A stretch of 63,706 nucleotides of DNA, filler included, from Octopus bimaculoides (Eukaryota): the NCBI RefSeq assembly GCF_001194135.2. It is 7 parts of 7 records of this genome, joined end to end, with 100 filler letters (N's around TTAATTAATTAA, not from the genome) between each part and the next. Parts side by side here need not be neighbours in the genome. Positions count along the whole stretch, not along the records: positions 46,750 to 52,915 come from NC_068985.1; positions 53,016 to 62,321 come from NC_068989.1; 5 more parts are not named here. The stretch is one strand, 5' to 3'. The first letter of the stretch is position 1. The number at the start of each line of letters is the position of its first letter. The notes under the pieces are model-generated. The model saw only the letters and a program-made list of their open reading frames with translations. It made no database searches and had not been told where the DNA came from. The position numbers were made by a program, and so were the translations under genes. Shown piece after piece: positions 48,448-61,142 of the stretch.

Positions 48448-49400
48448 CCGTCGTCGTCGTCGTCGTCGTCGTCACACCATGACAATCATTATCATTATTG
48501 CAATCACGATTACCACTACCACATTCATCACCGCCATTACCACTATTCATCATCATCATCATCATCATCACCTCTAACAACAACAACAACAACACCGACA
48601 ACAGAAGCAATCAACACAATATCATTTGCATGCATCACTGGCAATATTAACACCACCACAACCACCACCACCACCAAAAACAACAGCTTCCCCACCACCA
48701 CCATTACCAAAGTGAAACAAACGTCCCCATCACTATCATCGCCATCAGCAACCACTACAACCACTACTATCATCACCGCCACCACCATCGCTGCTACAAA
48801 TACCAACCCCGGCACCACCACCACCACAACCACCACCACCACCACAACCACCACCAGCACAACAACTTCCGTCATCATCATACAAAGATGCTGCCCCCAC
48901 CATCTTTAAAAAACGATAGGCTTTATCATTACCAACAGCAACAACAACATCACCAACAATAGCTTCTCCATTGTCACCACCACCGCCACCACTACTATAA
49001 CTACCGCTGCTGTCGCCGTGACCACTACCACTGCAACAACAACCACTGCTTGGAAAAACCAACACTCTATCACCGATATTAGACGCCTTATCATTAGGAA
49101 CAACAACTGAAGCGCCACCACTACAACCACCACCAATACCAAGCCACTACAACCACCCCTCCTTGCTACCACCAGCATCATCATCCCCCGTCACCGCCAA
49201 CGCTACCACCACCGTGAAAAACCGTCACGCCATCCCCGCTAATACTGTAATTTTTTTTAATCTTTTATCATAACCAACAACAACAACTACATCACAAAGT
49301 ACAACAGCCCCCCACCACCACCACCACTACCACTATTATCACCACCACCATCACCACTGCCATCACCCAAACCTCCGCTCCCTCCCTCCTCATTGAATAA
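46750..49400. repeat. Decayed CAT/CAC/AAC trinucleotide low-complexity field, interrupted by SINEs
   Basis: Directly visible; source of the poly-T, poly-V, poly-S and poly-M ORFs. Confidence 0.9.
47274..47945 (+). mobile_element. SINE family A interrupted by a family B SINE (47432-47662) with a 14-bp TSD
   Basis: AAACTGAAAGAAGC occurs at 47418-47431 and 47663-47676, and family A resumes seamlessly after the second copy. Confidence 0.9.
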
Positions 49401-49609
49401 AGCAGTTTATGATTCATGGTTCCGGTTCAGTACACACCTAATTAAGATAAATGACTTTAATTTTCTGTTTTTGTTTGATATAGATATTTTTTATATATAT
49501 ATATATTTTTTTTTTCATATATATATATCTCTTTGCTGTACCCTCCACCCCACCTCACCCAAATTATATCGGTTTTTCTCCTAGAATTTGCTTCTGTAAC
49601 TTTTTTCTC

Positions 49610-49664
<55 letters not shown>

Positions 49665-49721
49665 GTTGTTGTTATTATTATTATTATTGTTGTTGTTATT
49701 ATTATTATTATTATTATTGTT

Positions 49722-49758
<37 letters not shown>

Positions 49759-49823
49759 CCATCATCATTATTATTATTATTATTATTGTTGTTGTTGTTG
49801 TTGTTATTATTATTATTATTATT

Positions 49824-49867
<44 letters not shown>

Positions 49868-49923
49868 TATTGTTGTTGTTGTTATTATTATTATTATTGT
49901 TATCATCATCATCATCATCATCA

Positions 49924-49965
<42 letters not shown>
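49610..49965. repeat. Compound (ATT)n/(GTT)n/(ATC)n microsatellite with a recurring block order
   Basis: Directly visible. Confidence 0.95.
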
Positions 49966-49969
<4 letters not shown>

Positions 49970-50296
49970 TTTATATCATATTGTACGTCTAAGAGATATT
50001 TTGTTATTTTGATTATTGTTTTTATTTTTCCATTCGTTGTGATTTTTTTTTTCATTTTTTCTTGTACTAAAATCGAGGTGGGGATACGCGTGTGTAGTGA
50101 GAGTTCTTGTTCATTTTGTTGTTCTTGTTGTTGCTGCTACTGTTGTTGTTGCTGCTACTGTTGTTGTTGCTGTTGTTATTGAAGTTGTTGGTGGTGTTGG
50201 TGTTGCTGGTAGTGTTAACATTCATCATTATTGTAATTGTACTCGTTGCTGTCTCATGTATATATATCCACCCATAGAATACACACACACATATAC

Positions 50297-50334
<38 letters not shown>

Positions 50335-51384
50335 NNNNNNNNNNNNNNNNNNNNNNNNNNNNNNNNNNNNNNNNNNNNNNNNNNNNNNNNNNNNNNNNNN
50401 NNNNNNNNNNNNNNNNNNNNNNNNNNNNNNNNNNNNNNNNNNNNNNNNNNNNNNNNNNNNNNNNNNNNNNNNNNNNNNNNNNNNNNNNNNNNNNNNNNNN
50501 NNNNNNNNNNNNNNNNNNNNNNNNNNNNNNNNNNNNNNNNNNNNNNNNNNNNNNNNNNNNNNNNNNNNNNNNNNNNNNNNNNNNNNNNNNNNNNNNNNNN
50601 NNNNNNNNNNNNNNNNNNNNNNNNNNNNNNNNNNNNNNNNNNNNNNNNNNNNNNNNNNNNNNNNNNNNNNNNNNNNNNNNNNNNNNNNNNNNNNNNNNNN
50701 NNNNNNNNNNNNNNNNNNNNNNNNNNNNNNNNNNNNNNNNNNNNNNNNNNNNNNNNNNNNNNNNNNNNNNNNNNNNNNNNNNNNNNNNNNNNNNNNNNNN
50801 NNNNNNNNNNNNNNNNNNNNNNNNNNNNNNNNNNNNNNNNNNNNNNNNNNNNNNNNNNNNNNNNNNNNNNNNNNNNNNNNNNNNNNNNNNNNNNNNNNNN
50901 NNNNNNNNNNNNNNNNNNNNNNNNNNNNNNNNNNNNNNNNNNNNNNNNNNNNNNNNNNNNNNNNNNNNNNNNNNNNNNNNNNNNNNNNNNNNNNNNNNNN
51001 NNNNNNNNNNNNNNNNNNNNNNNNNNNNNNNNNNNNNNNNNNNNNNNNNNNNNNNNNNNNNNNNNNNNNNNNNNNNNNNNNNNNNNNNNNNNNNNNNNNN
51101 NNNNNNNNNNNNNNNNNNNNACCCCCACCACCACCACCACCATCATCATCATCATTATCATCACCGCCATCGTCGTCGTCATTATCGTTATCTTCATCAT
51201 CATCATCGTCGTCGTCATCAGCAAAAATCTTCTGTATTATCTCCGGATGCTAGTTGAAAATGCCATATGGCTATAATGAATTAATTAAAATATAGTACTT
51301 TTTCCCAACTGCAGATGCTGCTACAGTAGTCACCAGCAGTGTCCACAATAGCTACAACAGAAATGTATATACGTAAGGGGCAGA

Positions 51385-51640
51385 TGGAGGCGAGTGGCTT
51401 AGTGGTTAGGGTGTTGGACTCCTGATCGTAAGATTGTGGGTACTATTCCTAGCACGGGCAACGCGTTGAGTTTTTAAGCAAAACGCTTCATTTCACGTTA
51501 CTCCTGTCTACTAAACTGGCAAAAATGAGTAATCCTGTGGTGGTCCAGTGTCCTGTCCAGGTTGGGAATGTATATGCTATGGAAACCGGGAAACTAGCCA
51601 TTATGAGTCGATATAACACGAGAAGGTAACCTTGCCTTTT
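51385..51640 (+). mobile_element. SINE family C
   Basis: Collinear with 26177-26430. Confidence 0.8.
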
Positions 51641-51794
51641 AGGTAAGATACCAACATGGCTGTGTGGTTAAGAAGATCGCTTTAGAAGCACTGGTTTTGA
51701 GTTCAATCCCATGGAGCGACACTTTGAGAAAGTGCCTTTCTACGATAACCCCGAGTTGACGAATGCCTCTGAAGTGAATTTGGTAGATGGAGAC

Positions 51795-52560
51795 TATTGG
51801 GTCATCTCATAAATAATGCGTTTTTTTTTATACTTCTTTTATTTTTCAAAATTAAGATAAACAAAGTTCATTTTTAATCTAAAATATACTCTCCTTCATT
51901 TTCTATAATGCTCTTCCATCTATCTGGTGGACTTGCAAGGCCCCTCACGAAAAATACTTCTTCAGTCCTGTTCTGAACTCGTCTACAGAATTCATATTTT
52001 TTCCGCCCAAATTATTTTAAAGACTGCGGAAAAATGATAATCAGATGGGGCAATGTCCGGCGAATATGGTGGGTGGGGCACCGTTTCCCATTCAAACTGC
52101 TCTAGCCTTTGGAATGCCATCCTCACTATATGTGGCCAAGCATTATCCTGATGGAAGAACACCTTTCGTCTTGAAACCAAAGATGGTCGTTTTTCTTCCA
52201 GCCCAGGTGTCGATGAATAGTTGAATGACTAAATCCAAGCTTCTCTGCTAGTTCCTCAACAGTTACGATGGGATTTTGTTTTACCAGGGTTTACAGAACG
52301 TCTTCGTCGAGCTCTACAGATCTTCCAGGACGACAGGACGCGGCTCGTTTTCTAGGCTGTAGTTTCCGGGTGCGAATTTCCGGAACCACTGTCGACACTG
52401 GCTTACTCTTATTGTCCGATCCCCATATACTGCATGAATATTCCTCGCATTTTCCGTTGCGTTGTTGCTTTATTGAACCCATAAAGCAAAATATGCCGAA
52501 TATGCTCCTTTGTCACTTCCATTTGAAAAAATAACTGTTAAAATCGCATAAAACGCAGAA
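51795..52560 (-). mobile_element. Internally deleted mariner (DD34D) element
   Basis: ATG at 52522: MEVTKEHIRHILLYGFNK..QWFRKFAPGNYSLENE..GRSVELDEDVL..EELAEKLGFSHSTIHRHL, joined directly to EEKRPSLVSRRKVFFHQDNAWPH..HPPYSPDIAPSDYH (34 residues between the aspartates)..RWKSIIENEGEYILD* ending at 51874. Mariner-like TIR TA-TTGGGTCATCTCATAAATAATGCG at 51795. Confidence 0.9.
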
Positions 52561-52871
52561 GATAAAGATGTTTGAATATACTAAGGTTACATGGCCACGT
52601 CGTTCGATTGTTTGGACTCCCGATCGCAAGTTTGTGCTTTCGATTCTCAAGGTGGACTGTACATTGTGTTCTTGAGTAAAACTCTCATTTCACGTTGCTC
52701 TACTTCACCCAACTGCAAACAAAGAGAAAACAGTATTAACCCCTAACTGCTGGGTGAGGTAAGGGGTTAGTACTGTACTCTGTACTTTCTCGGTCGCTCA
52801 TAGAGGTTGGAAACCAAAATACGCCTCGACATGACCCATAGACTCGTGACAGATATACATACATACATACC

Positions 52872-52915
<44 letters not shown>

Positions 52916-53015
52916 NNNNNNNNNNNNNNNNNNNNNNNNNNNNNNNNNNNNNNNNNNNNTTAATTAATTAANNNNNNNNNNNNNNNNNNNNNNNNNNNNN
53001 NNNNNNNNNNNNNNN

Positions 53016-53067
<52 letters not shown>

Positions 53068-53244
53068 AACTCATAGTGATTTATTATATTAATGTGAGTT
53101 TCACTAGTTAAGCAAAAGTTTTATGCTCAAAGACGAAGGAAAACCCTTCATAGATTCTAAAGGTAACTAATAATAGAATTAAAGGTTTAGGAATTTGCAG
53201 GTCGTATGTGTGCTGGGAAAATTGAGCAGCATCAATTAAAATAT

Positions 53245-53960
53245 AATGTTTTAACTAGATAATTAAGATTCTTAATTAACCTAGATAGTTATAATGCATT
53301 TATTAACATGTTATAATGTATTAATTGACCAAATAAATGTAATATTTTAATAAACCAGATAATTATAATGTTTTAATTAACCAGATAGTTACAATGTATT
53401 AACAAGATAGTTATGATGTATAGTTATAACCAGATAGTTATAGTGGATTAATAAAACAGAAGTGATGAAATATTAATTAACTATATTGTTATAATGGATT
53501 AATCAACACGTAGTTATCATGTATTTATTAACCAGATAATTACGATGTATTAATTAACCTGATACGTATAACCAGATAATTATAAAATATTAATTAACCA
53601 TATAGTTGTAATATATTACGTGACCTGATTGTTAAAAGGTATTAACCAGATGTTACAAAGGATTAATTATAAGGTTAATATGATGGTTCAATTAGCCAGA
53701 TAGTTATAATGTTTTGATTAACCAGATAGTTATAAGGTATTAATTAACTAGATATTTTTAATGCCTTAATTAACCAGATAGTTATAATGCTTTAATGAAA
53801 CAAATTATTACAATGAATTAACATATTATAGTAATTAAGTAGATAGTTATAAGTATTAATTAACCAAATCGTTATGTTTTAATTAACCAGATAGTTATAA
53901 CGCATTCATTAACCAGGTAGTTATAATATATTTTTTAACTAGATAGTTATTATGCATTAA
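53245..53960. repeat. Degenerate AT-rich minisatellite, unit about 25-28 bp (TTAATTAACCAGATAGTTATAATG..)
   Basis: The core accagatagttata recurs throughout, with diverged flanks. Confidence 0.85.
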
Positions 53961-54489
53961 TTAAATTTCGTAACATTAAAAATACTGCCGAGTAAAATGT
54001 TTTAAATTTAATGAAACTTTTTATTTTGTATTTTAACGAGTAAGAATGATTGAGTTAGATGTGACTGATAACATTAGATTGAAGACTGATGATGATAGAT
54101 GGGATTGATGATGTCGGATGGGATTGATGGTGTTAGATGTGACCTACGATGTTAGATGTGAGGGGGTGATGTTAGATGTGTGGTGTACAATATTATATTC
54201 TATAGACAAGCCCTGCAAACGATTTAATGTCAAGACAAGCTGCTCACATAACTGGTAGAAAATTACGATGCAATTTCCACTGCAGGATTCATTCCTCAAA
54301 GTGGCTCTTCTGAATTCTAAAAGAAATAGACCATTAGATTTGACTAAGTATTGTCCAATTGGAAAATAATGAAGTTGAATTACAAGGAATCAGGAGCCAA
54401 GTTAGCACACCTGGGTTTCTTAATTTTGTAAATCTTAAAACTTCTTTTGGAATTGATCCAAAGTGCTGGTTCCACTCTTTGGCTCAAGG

Positions 54490-54865
54490 CCAGTAGTTGG
54501 CACAAGGCCAGTAGTAGGGAAGGAGTAAGTCGATTATATCAATCCCAGTACTCAACTGGTACTTATTTTATCGACCCCAAAGAATGAAAGGCGAAGTCGA
54601 CCTTGGCAGAATTTGAACTCAGAACGAAGACGGACGAAATGCCGCTAAGCAGTTTTCCCGACGTGTTAACGATTCGGCCAGCTTGCCGCCTTAAATTGAA
54701 CCCAAACATTGATTTCGAATGTTGGCACAAGGCCAGCAATTTCGGTGGTGAAGATAAGTCGATTATATCGACCCAAGTGTTCAAATGGTACTTAATTTAT
54801 CGACCCCGAAGGGTGAAAGGCAATGTCAACCTCGGCGGAATTTTGCCCCTCTGCCAGCTTGCCTT
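54490..54865 (-). mobile_element. Two adjacent family B SINE copies
   Basis: gtaagtcgattatatcaatcccagtactcaactggtacttattttatcgacccc...gtcgaccttggcagaatttgaactcagaacg...ttgccgcc occurs twice, the second copy internally shortened. Confidence 0.8.
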
Positions 54866-55302
54866 GAATTGACTTAAATTCTGAAATAGTCTGTTCTTTC
54901 AGACTTGGAAAATATTCGATATTCTTCAGTTGAGTTACGAGCGATTGAAACACTGATTGAAAATGACTTATAATGGCAAGATGAAATATAATAAGAATTC
55001 TTGTAATTCCAAATTTAGAATTATTTACATGGCTGGTGATATCAATCCAATTGTCAAATCATACACAATCCTTTTTGAACCTTTAATTCTATTATTAGAT
55101 ACCTTTAGAATCTATGACGGGTTTTTCTTCGTCTTTGAGCATAAAACTTTTGCTTAACCAACGAAACTCACATTATTATAATAAATCACTATGAGTTGGT
55201 GTCTCTGAAGCATTTCTTCTCTAAACAATTGTATTTCCCCATGTCTTTGTACATTTACTTGGTTTTTCATTCATATTCCTTCCGCACGTACGGTGAAAGC
55301 TG

Positions 55303-55343
55303 TTCCGCTGATGAGCTAAGAATAAAATCGAAACATGTCGGAA
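55303..55343 (+). ncRNA. Degenerate minimal hammerhead ribozyme-like motif
   Basis: TTCC-G-CTGATGA-G..C-GAAAC-AT-GTC-GGAA with palindromic ACATGT as stem III; stem II reduced to about 1 bp and one extra G in stem I. Confidence 0.45.
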
Positions 55344-55937
55344 ATTGTCTTCCGTATTTGGCAAGAAATGAATATTACATTAATAATAAAATAATATCGG
55401 TGTTTTTCCTCATCTATAATTATTTCTCTTTTTTAAAAAATCCTGGAATTAAATATATTTACACTAATTTTACTATATCAGTTGTGAGAAAGAGAGAGAG
55501 AGTGAGAGAGACGGTGAGAGAGAGATAGAGGGAGAGAAAGAGAGTAAGAAGAAGATTCTAAGAAGTGAGAGGCTACATGTTAAAATAAGCATGCAAGATA
55601 AAGAGGGTGAAAGTAAATTGGAAATTTAAATGCGAAGGGAGGGGGGGGGGCAAGAAGGAAGTATATCAAGAAGTAGAAAACTTTGTGACGTCACTGTATC
55701 TTTACTTATCTTAACCTCTTGTTCCCTCTCAGCTTTCTCTCTCCTTGCGTTTGTTTGAAGTGGTTTTGAAGTGTCTCTTTAGTTGAGAACATTGCCTTGC
55801 TGTAAGAACGGAAAAAATGCTAAGATAATGTTCATGTATGTATGTATGTATGTATGTATGTATGTATGTATGTATGTATGTATGTATGTATGCGCGTGTG
55901 TTTATATATGTATACGTGTGTATGTATATATATATGT

Positions 55938-56316
55938 GGAGGCGCAATGGCCCAGTGGTTAGGGCAGCGGACTCGCGGTCATAGGATCGCGGTTTCGATT
56001 CCCAGACCGGGCGTTGTGAATGTTTATTGAGCGAAAACACCTAAAGCTCCACGAGGCTCCGGCAGCGGATGGTGGCGAACCCTGCTGTATTCTTTCACCA
56101 CAACTTTCTCTCACTCTTTCTTCCTGTTTCTGTTGTACCTGTAATTCAAAGAGTCAGTCTTGTCACACTGTGTCACGCTGAACATCCCTGAGAACTACGT
56201 TAAGGGTACACGTGTCTGTGGAGTACTCAGCCACTTGCACGTTAATTTCACGAGCAGGCTGTTCCGTTGATCGGATCAACTGGAACATTCATCATCGTAA
56301 GCGATGGAGTGCCAAC
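55938..56316 (+). mobile_element. tRNA-headed SINE with its 3' body shared with 36620-36805
   Basis: ggaggcgcaatggcccagtggttaggg, ggtttcgattccc, shared 3' body. Confidence 0.85.
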
Positions 56317-57203
56317 ATGTATGTATGTATGTATGTATGTATGTATGTGCATCTGTCTGTCTGCGTGTATGTACGTATGTATGTATGCATGAATGTATGG
56401 ATGCATGTATGCGTATATGTCTATATGTCTATATGTCTGTATGCATGTATGTATGCAAGCGTGTATGTATGCATGTATGTACGTATGCATGTATGTACAT
56501 ATACACGTATGCATGCATGTATGTACACATACATGCACGTATGCATACATGTATGTGTACGGATGCAAAGACTAGGCTGGAGTCAGAGTGCAATTATAGA
56601 CGCAGCTGTGTCAAGTGTATTTGTAAATATTTTAAGATAAATGTTGCAATCTTAATAATATAGATAAATGAATTAAGTATGATATATATACTTTTGTTCA
56701 TTTAGCCTTTTGCTGGTTATTGAATTGAAGTCATGCTGGGACACGGTCTTCAAGGTTTTATTTAATCGACCTCAGTAATTATTTTTAAGACTTGGTATTT
56801 ATTTAATCCATACGTTTTTGGCGCAACACTATGTCACGGAACATCAACAACATCACTGGTTTTGAGAGGCATGAACGTAAACACATATTTAAACAAGCAC
56901 TCACATACTCACATAAACATATACACCATGGGTTTCCATACTATTTCAATCAACAAAATTTCTCTGAAGACATAAATCAGCGAACTTTTTAACTAGACAG
57001 CCATATCTACTCTCAAATATTTTATTGCTTTTGTTTTTCAATTAATCCAGAGCGCAGTCGGGTAGTTACTATACTTCAATCACTGGAACAATGGTTTCAA
57101 GTCTAACTATATGAACTTTTCTCTGGGACGAAATTAAGAATGTAATACAGTGTATTAAGATTTCTTAAAACTTTACCAACGTGGTACAATAGCGTAATAA
57201 CAT

Positions 57204-57422
57204 TACGATGGGGTGCTGAAAAGTTCCGGGCTTTAAAGGTGTCGCGAAAGGCCTGGCTGGAGGTCCAACCTTCCAAATTCTTTACAGGGCTTAGAAAAAC
57301 TGAGGGCCACTACAATGAGTGTGTGAACTAGGGAGGAGAATATGTTGAATAAAATCAGAATTAATTGATCCTCCTGTATTTTCTTTTACCCAAAGCTAGG
57401 AACTTTTCAGCACCACCTCGTA
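57204..57422. mobile_element. Mariner-derived MITE with TA TSDs
   Basis: TA-CGATGGGGTGCTGAAAAGTTCC ... GGAACTTTTCAGCACCACCTCG-TA. Confidence 0.85.
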
Positions 57423-57669
57423 TAAGGTAGTTATCTCTTTGATTGCATTTCATAATTAAAATTGCTTAATTCTTGACGTAAAGTGAAGAATAATTGATGA
57501 CAATTCTCAAAGTAGAAGAGGTAAGAAGTGTGACAAGGAATATAGCTTTCAGAGATGTCGTCTCTTAAGACTGCACATACAATACTATCAAGGTGGACTT
57601 TTATACAATCAAATGTTTGAAACAATATAAAATTCCGAAAGAAATTATAACCTTCATGGTTCATTGCCA

Positions 57670-57700
<31 letters not shown>

Positions 57701-58524
57701 CTTCTTCTTCTTCTTCTTCTTCTTCTTCTTCTTCTTCTTCTTCTTNNNNNNNNNNNNNNNNNNNNNNNNNNNNNNNNNNNNNNNNNNNNNNNNNNNNNNN
57801 NNNNNNNCTTCTTCTTCTTCTTCTTCTTCTTCTTCTTCTCCTCCTCCTCCTCCTCCTCCTCCTTCTCCTCCTCCTTCTTCTTCTTCTTCTTCTTCTTCTT
57901 CTTCTTCTTCTTCTTCTTCTTCTTCTTCTTCTTCTTCTTCTTCTTCTTCTTCTTCTTCTTTGTGTGTGTGTGTGTGCTTTATTTATCTAATTTTTCACCA
58001 TTGTAGAAAGAGTTGCCTTCTAGCTTAGAAATAAAGCTCTTGTATTGTAATTTAGACAGCATCAACAGAGCAGTCTTGTATCTACGTAGTACGTCCGTAT
58101 GCACGTGTGTATGCACATGTCTATATGTGTGCATGCATGCATGTGTGCGTATGCGTGTGTGTACATTTACACGTGTCTGTGCATGTGTGTATACGTATGT
58201 ATATCTATGTATGTTTGTATGTATGTTAGATCGCTCACGAGTGCTACTGGTAACATGTAGTATGGTACAACCTTTTGCATGATCGGGTCGTCATCGACGA
58301 AATCATTTTCCGATCAGGCTTGACGGGTTAAGGAGCTTTACTTGAAACTCCCATCAACGTGAGAACGCTGGTTGTCTCGTTCAAATTTTGGATTTGAATT
58401 TCTATAATTTTGAATTTCTATGTATCACTTTTCATTTTGAAGTCGACAAAGACAAGCTAGCTGTGGAAATATCGTTCAGCCAATAAAATATCTATTGCAA
58501 TCGCATCGCATTCTTCGTATTGTC

Positions 58525-58605
<81 letters not shown>

Positions 58606-58629
58606 CATCATCATCATCATCATTATTAT

Positions 58630-59710
58630 TATTGTTCAGTAGTTTTATTTTTATAACGTGCTTTCACTTCACTACCGAGCGCAGCTCTGTGCGCCTTGGG
58701 TATGTGCTGTGGTTTGCTTTGGTGCTCTTGTGTTTACTGTATTGAAAGTATTTTGCGTAGAATGTGTGCAGTACCCAGTAGTGCAATTTTCTGTATGTTA
58801 TATATNNNNNNNNNNNNNNNNNNNNNNNNNNNNNNNNNNNNNNNNNNNNNNNNNNNNNNNNNNNNNNNNNNNNNNNNNNNNNNNNNNNNNNNNNNNNNNN
58901 NNNNNNNNNNNNNNNNNNNNNNNNNNNNNNNNNNNNNNNNNNNNNNNNNNNNNNNNNNNNNNNNNNNNNNNNNNNNNNNNNNNNNNNNNNNNNNNNNNNN
59001 NNNNNNNNNNNNNNNNNNNNNNNNNNNNNNNNNNNNNNNNNNNNNNNNNNNNNNNNNNNNNNNNNNNNNNNNNNNNNNNNNNNNNNNNNNNNNNNNNNNN
59101 NNNNNNNNNNNNNNNNNNNNNNNNNNNNNNNNNNNNNNNNNNNNNNNNNNNNNNNNNNNNNNNNNNNNNNNNNNNNNNNNNNNNNNNNNNNNNNNNNNNN
59201 NNNNNNNNNNNNNNNNNNNNNNNNNNNNNNNNNNNNNNNNNNNNNNNNNNNNNNNNNNNNNNNNNNNNNNNNNNNNNNNNNNNNNNNNNNNNNNNNNNNN
59301 NNNNNNNNNNNNNNNNNNNNNNNNNNNNNNNNNNNNNNNNNNNNNNNNNNNNNNNNNNNNNNNNNNNNNNNNNNNNNNNNNNNNNNNNNNNNNNNNNNNN
59401 NNNNNNNNNNNNNNNNNNNNNNNNNNNNNNNNNNNNNNNNNNNNNNNNNNNNNNNNNNNNNNNNNNNNNNNNNNNNNNNNNNNNNNNNNNNNNNNNNNNN
59501 NNNNNNNNNNNNNNNNNNNNNNNNNNNNNNNNNTACCTAAGGCACCTACTATGATAGGAATTGCTTCTGCTTTTAGATTCCACATTCGAGTTACCTCTAT
59601 TTCCAGGTCTTTGTATTTTGAAAGTTTTTCCATTTCTTTTAGGGAAACGTTGTCATCTGCTGGTATTGATACATCAATTAGAAAGCATTTTTTTTCTTCA
59701 TGATCTTTGA
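58630..59710 (-). mobile_element. Well-preserved 5'-truncated R4/Dong-type LINE 3' end (RLE endonuclease), split by an N gap
   Basis: KDHEEKKCFLIDVSIPADDNVSLKEMEKLSKYKDLEIEVTRMWNLKAEAIPIIVGALG [gap] IYNIQKIALLGTAHILRKILSIQ*; (AAT)n lies on both sides. Confidence 0.9.
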
Positions 59711-59714
59711 CATT

Positions 59715-59745
<31 letters not shown>

Positions 59746-59747
<2 letters not shown>

Positions 59748-60268
59748 GAAAGAGAGAGTAGCACATGCCATCAAAGTGACACTGGGGTAAAATATACGAA
59801 GCCCGGTATACCAATAATGACTATAAGGGTACACCAGGCACATGCATCACAACCATATGTGCATGACATGGGGATCTCATATCAAGATAAACAGTGCATG
59901 ACTTCACAGGTGGGGCCCAGTTAGAATTTTCTTTAGGTTGAGTAGCCATCTCGCTCAAAAGGTGCTTGAATAAGTGTTGTTTAAAGATAATGAACGAAGC
60001 ACCCATGTTTCCAGTGGTGAATTATTCAAACCCCAAATAATTCTTCTCAACATATGGCTATGATGCTCCCCAACTACTTGTGCTCGTGATCAGAGATGCA
60101 TATATCATCGGCCACTAAGGGACATGATCAACTTGTTAAGGTCAAGCAACTGACAAGGAAATTTGTGATATTGAGCAGAATATTTGCTGTAGCCCATTTT
60201 TTATACCAAGACAAAACAATGAACATGATAAAATTTCCAATCAGTTAAGATCTGAAGCCATGAGAGCC
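59746..60268 (-). mobile_element. Family D repeat
   Basis: Collinear with 8440-8875 (reverse complement) and with 60804-61142. Confidence 0.8.
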
Positions 60269-60729
60269 TAGCGCGCTGAACGAAATGCTTAGCGGTACTT
60301 TGCCCGTCGCTACTTTCTGAGTTCAAATTTCGTCAAAGTCGACTTTGCCTTTCATCCTTTTGGGGTCGATAATATAAGTACCAGTTGAATACTGGCGTCA
60401 AAGTAATCGACAAATCCTCATCTTCCCCAAGCTGTCCTTGTGGCAAAAATTTGAAATAATAATAATAATAATTATAAGGTGCCCTGGGAATGANNNNNNN
60501 NNNNNNNNNNNNNNNNNNNNNNNNNNNNNNNNNNNNNNNNNNNNNNNNNNNNNNNNNNNNNNNNNNNNNNNNNNNNNNNNNNNNNNNNNNNNNNNNNNNN
60601 NNNNNNNNNNNNNNNNNNNNNNNNNNNNNNNNNNNNNNNNNNNNNNNNNNNNNNNNNNNNNNNNNNNNNNNNNNNNNNNNNNNNNNNNNNNNNNNNNNNN
60701 NNNNNNNNNNNNNNNNNNNNNNNNNNNNN

Positions 60730-60803
<74 letters not shown>

Positions 60804-60805
<2 letters not shown>

Positions 60806-61142
60806 CATCACAACCATATGTGCGCGACATGGTGATCTCATATCAAGATAAACAGTACATGACCTTGCAGGTGGTGCCCAGTTAAAATTTTCATCAAGTT
60901 GAGTGGCTCATCCCGTTCAAAAGGTCCCTGAATAAGGGTTGTTTAAGAATGTTGAACAAAACACCCATGTTTACAAAGGTGAATTATTCAAACCCCAAAG
61001 AATTCCTCTCAACACATGGTTATGATGCTCCCCCACTACTTCTGCTCGTGATCAGAGATGCACGTATCGTTAGCCACCAAGGGACATACTCAACTGGTTA
61101 AGGTCAAGCAACTGACAAGGAAATGAGTGGTATTGAGTAGAA
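60804..61142 (-). mobile_element. Family D repeat, partial
   Basis: gcatcacaaccatatgtgcgcgacatggtgatctc...ggttaaggtcaagcaactgacaaggaaat aligns with 59841-60165. Confidence 0.8.

Noticed and set aside
53245-53960. CRISPR-like repeat array
   Set aside because: Units are contiguous and degenerate with no unique spacers, the context is eukaryotic, and there are no cas genes.
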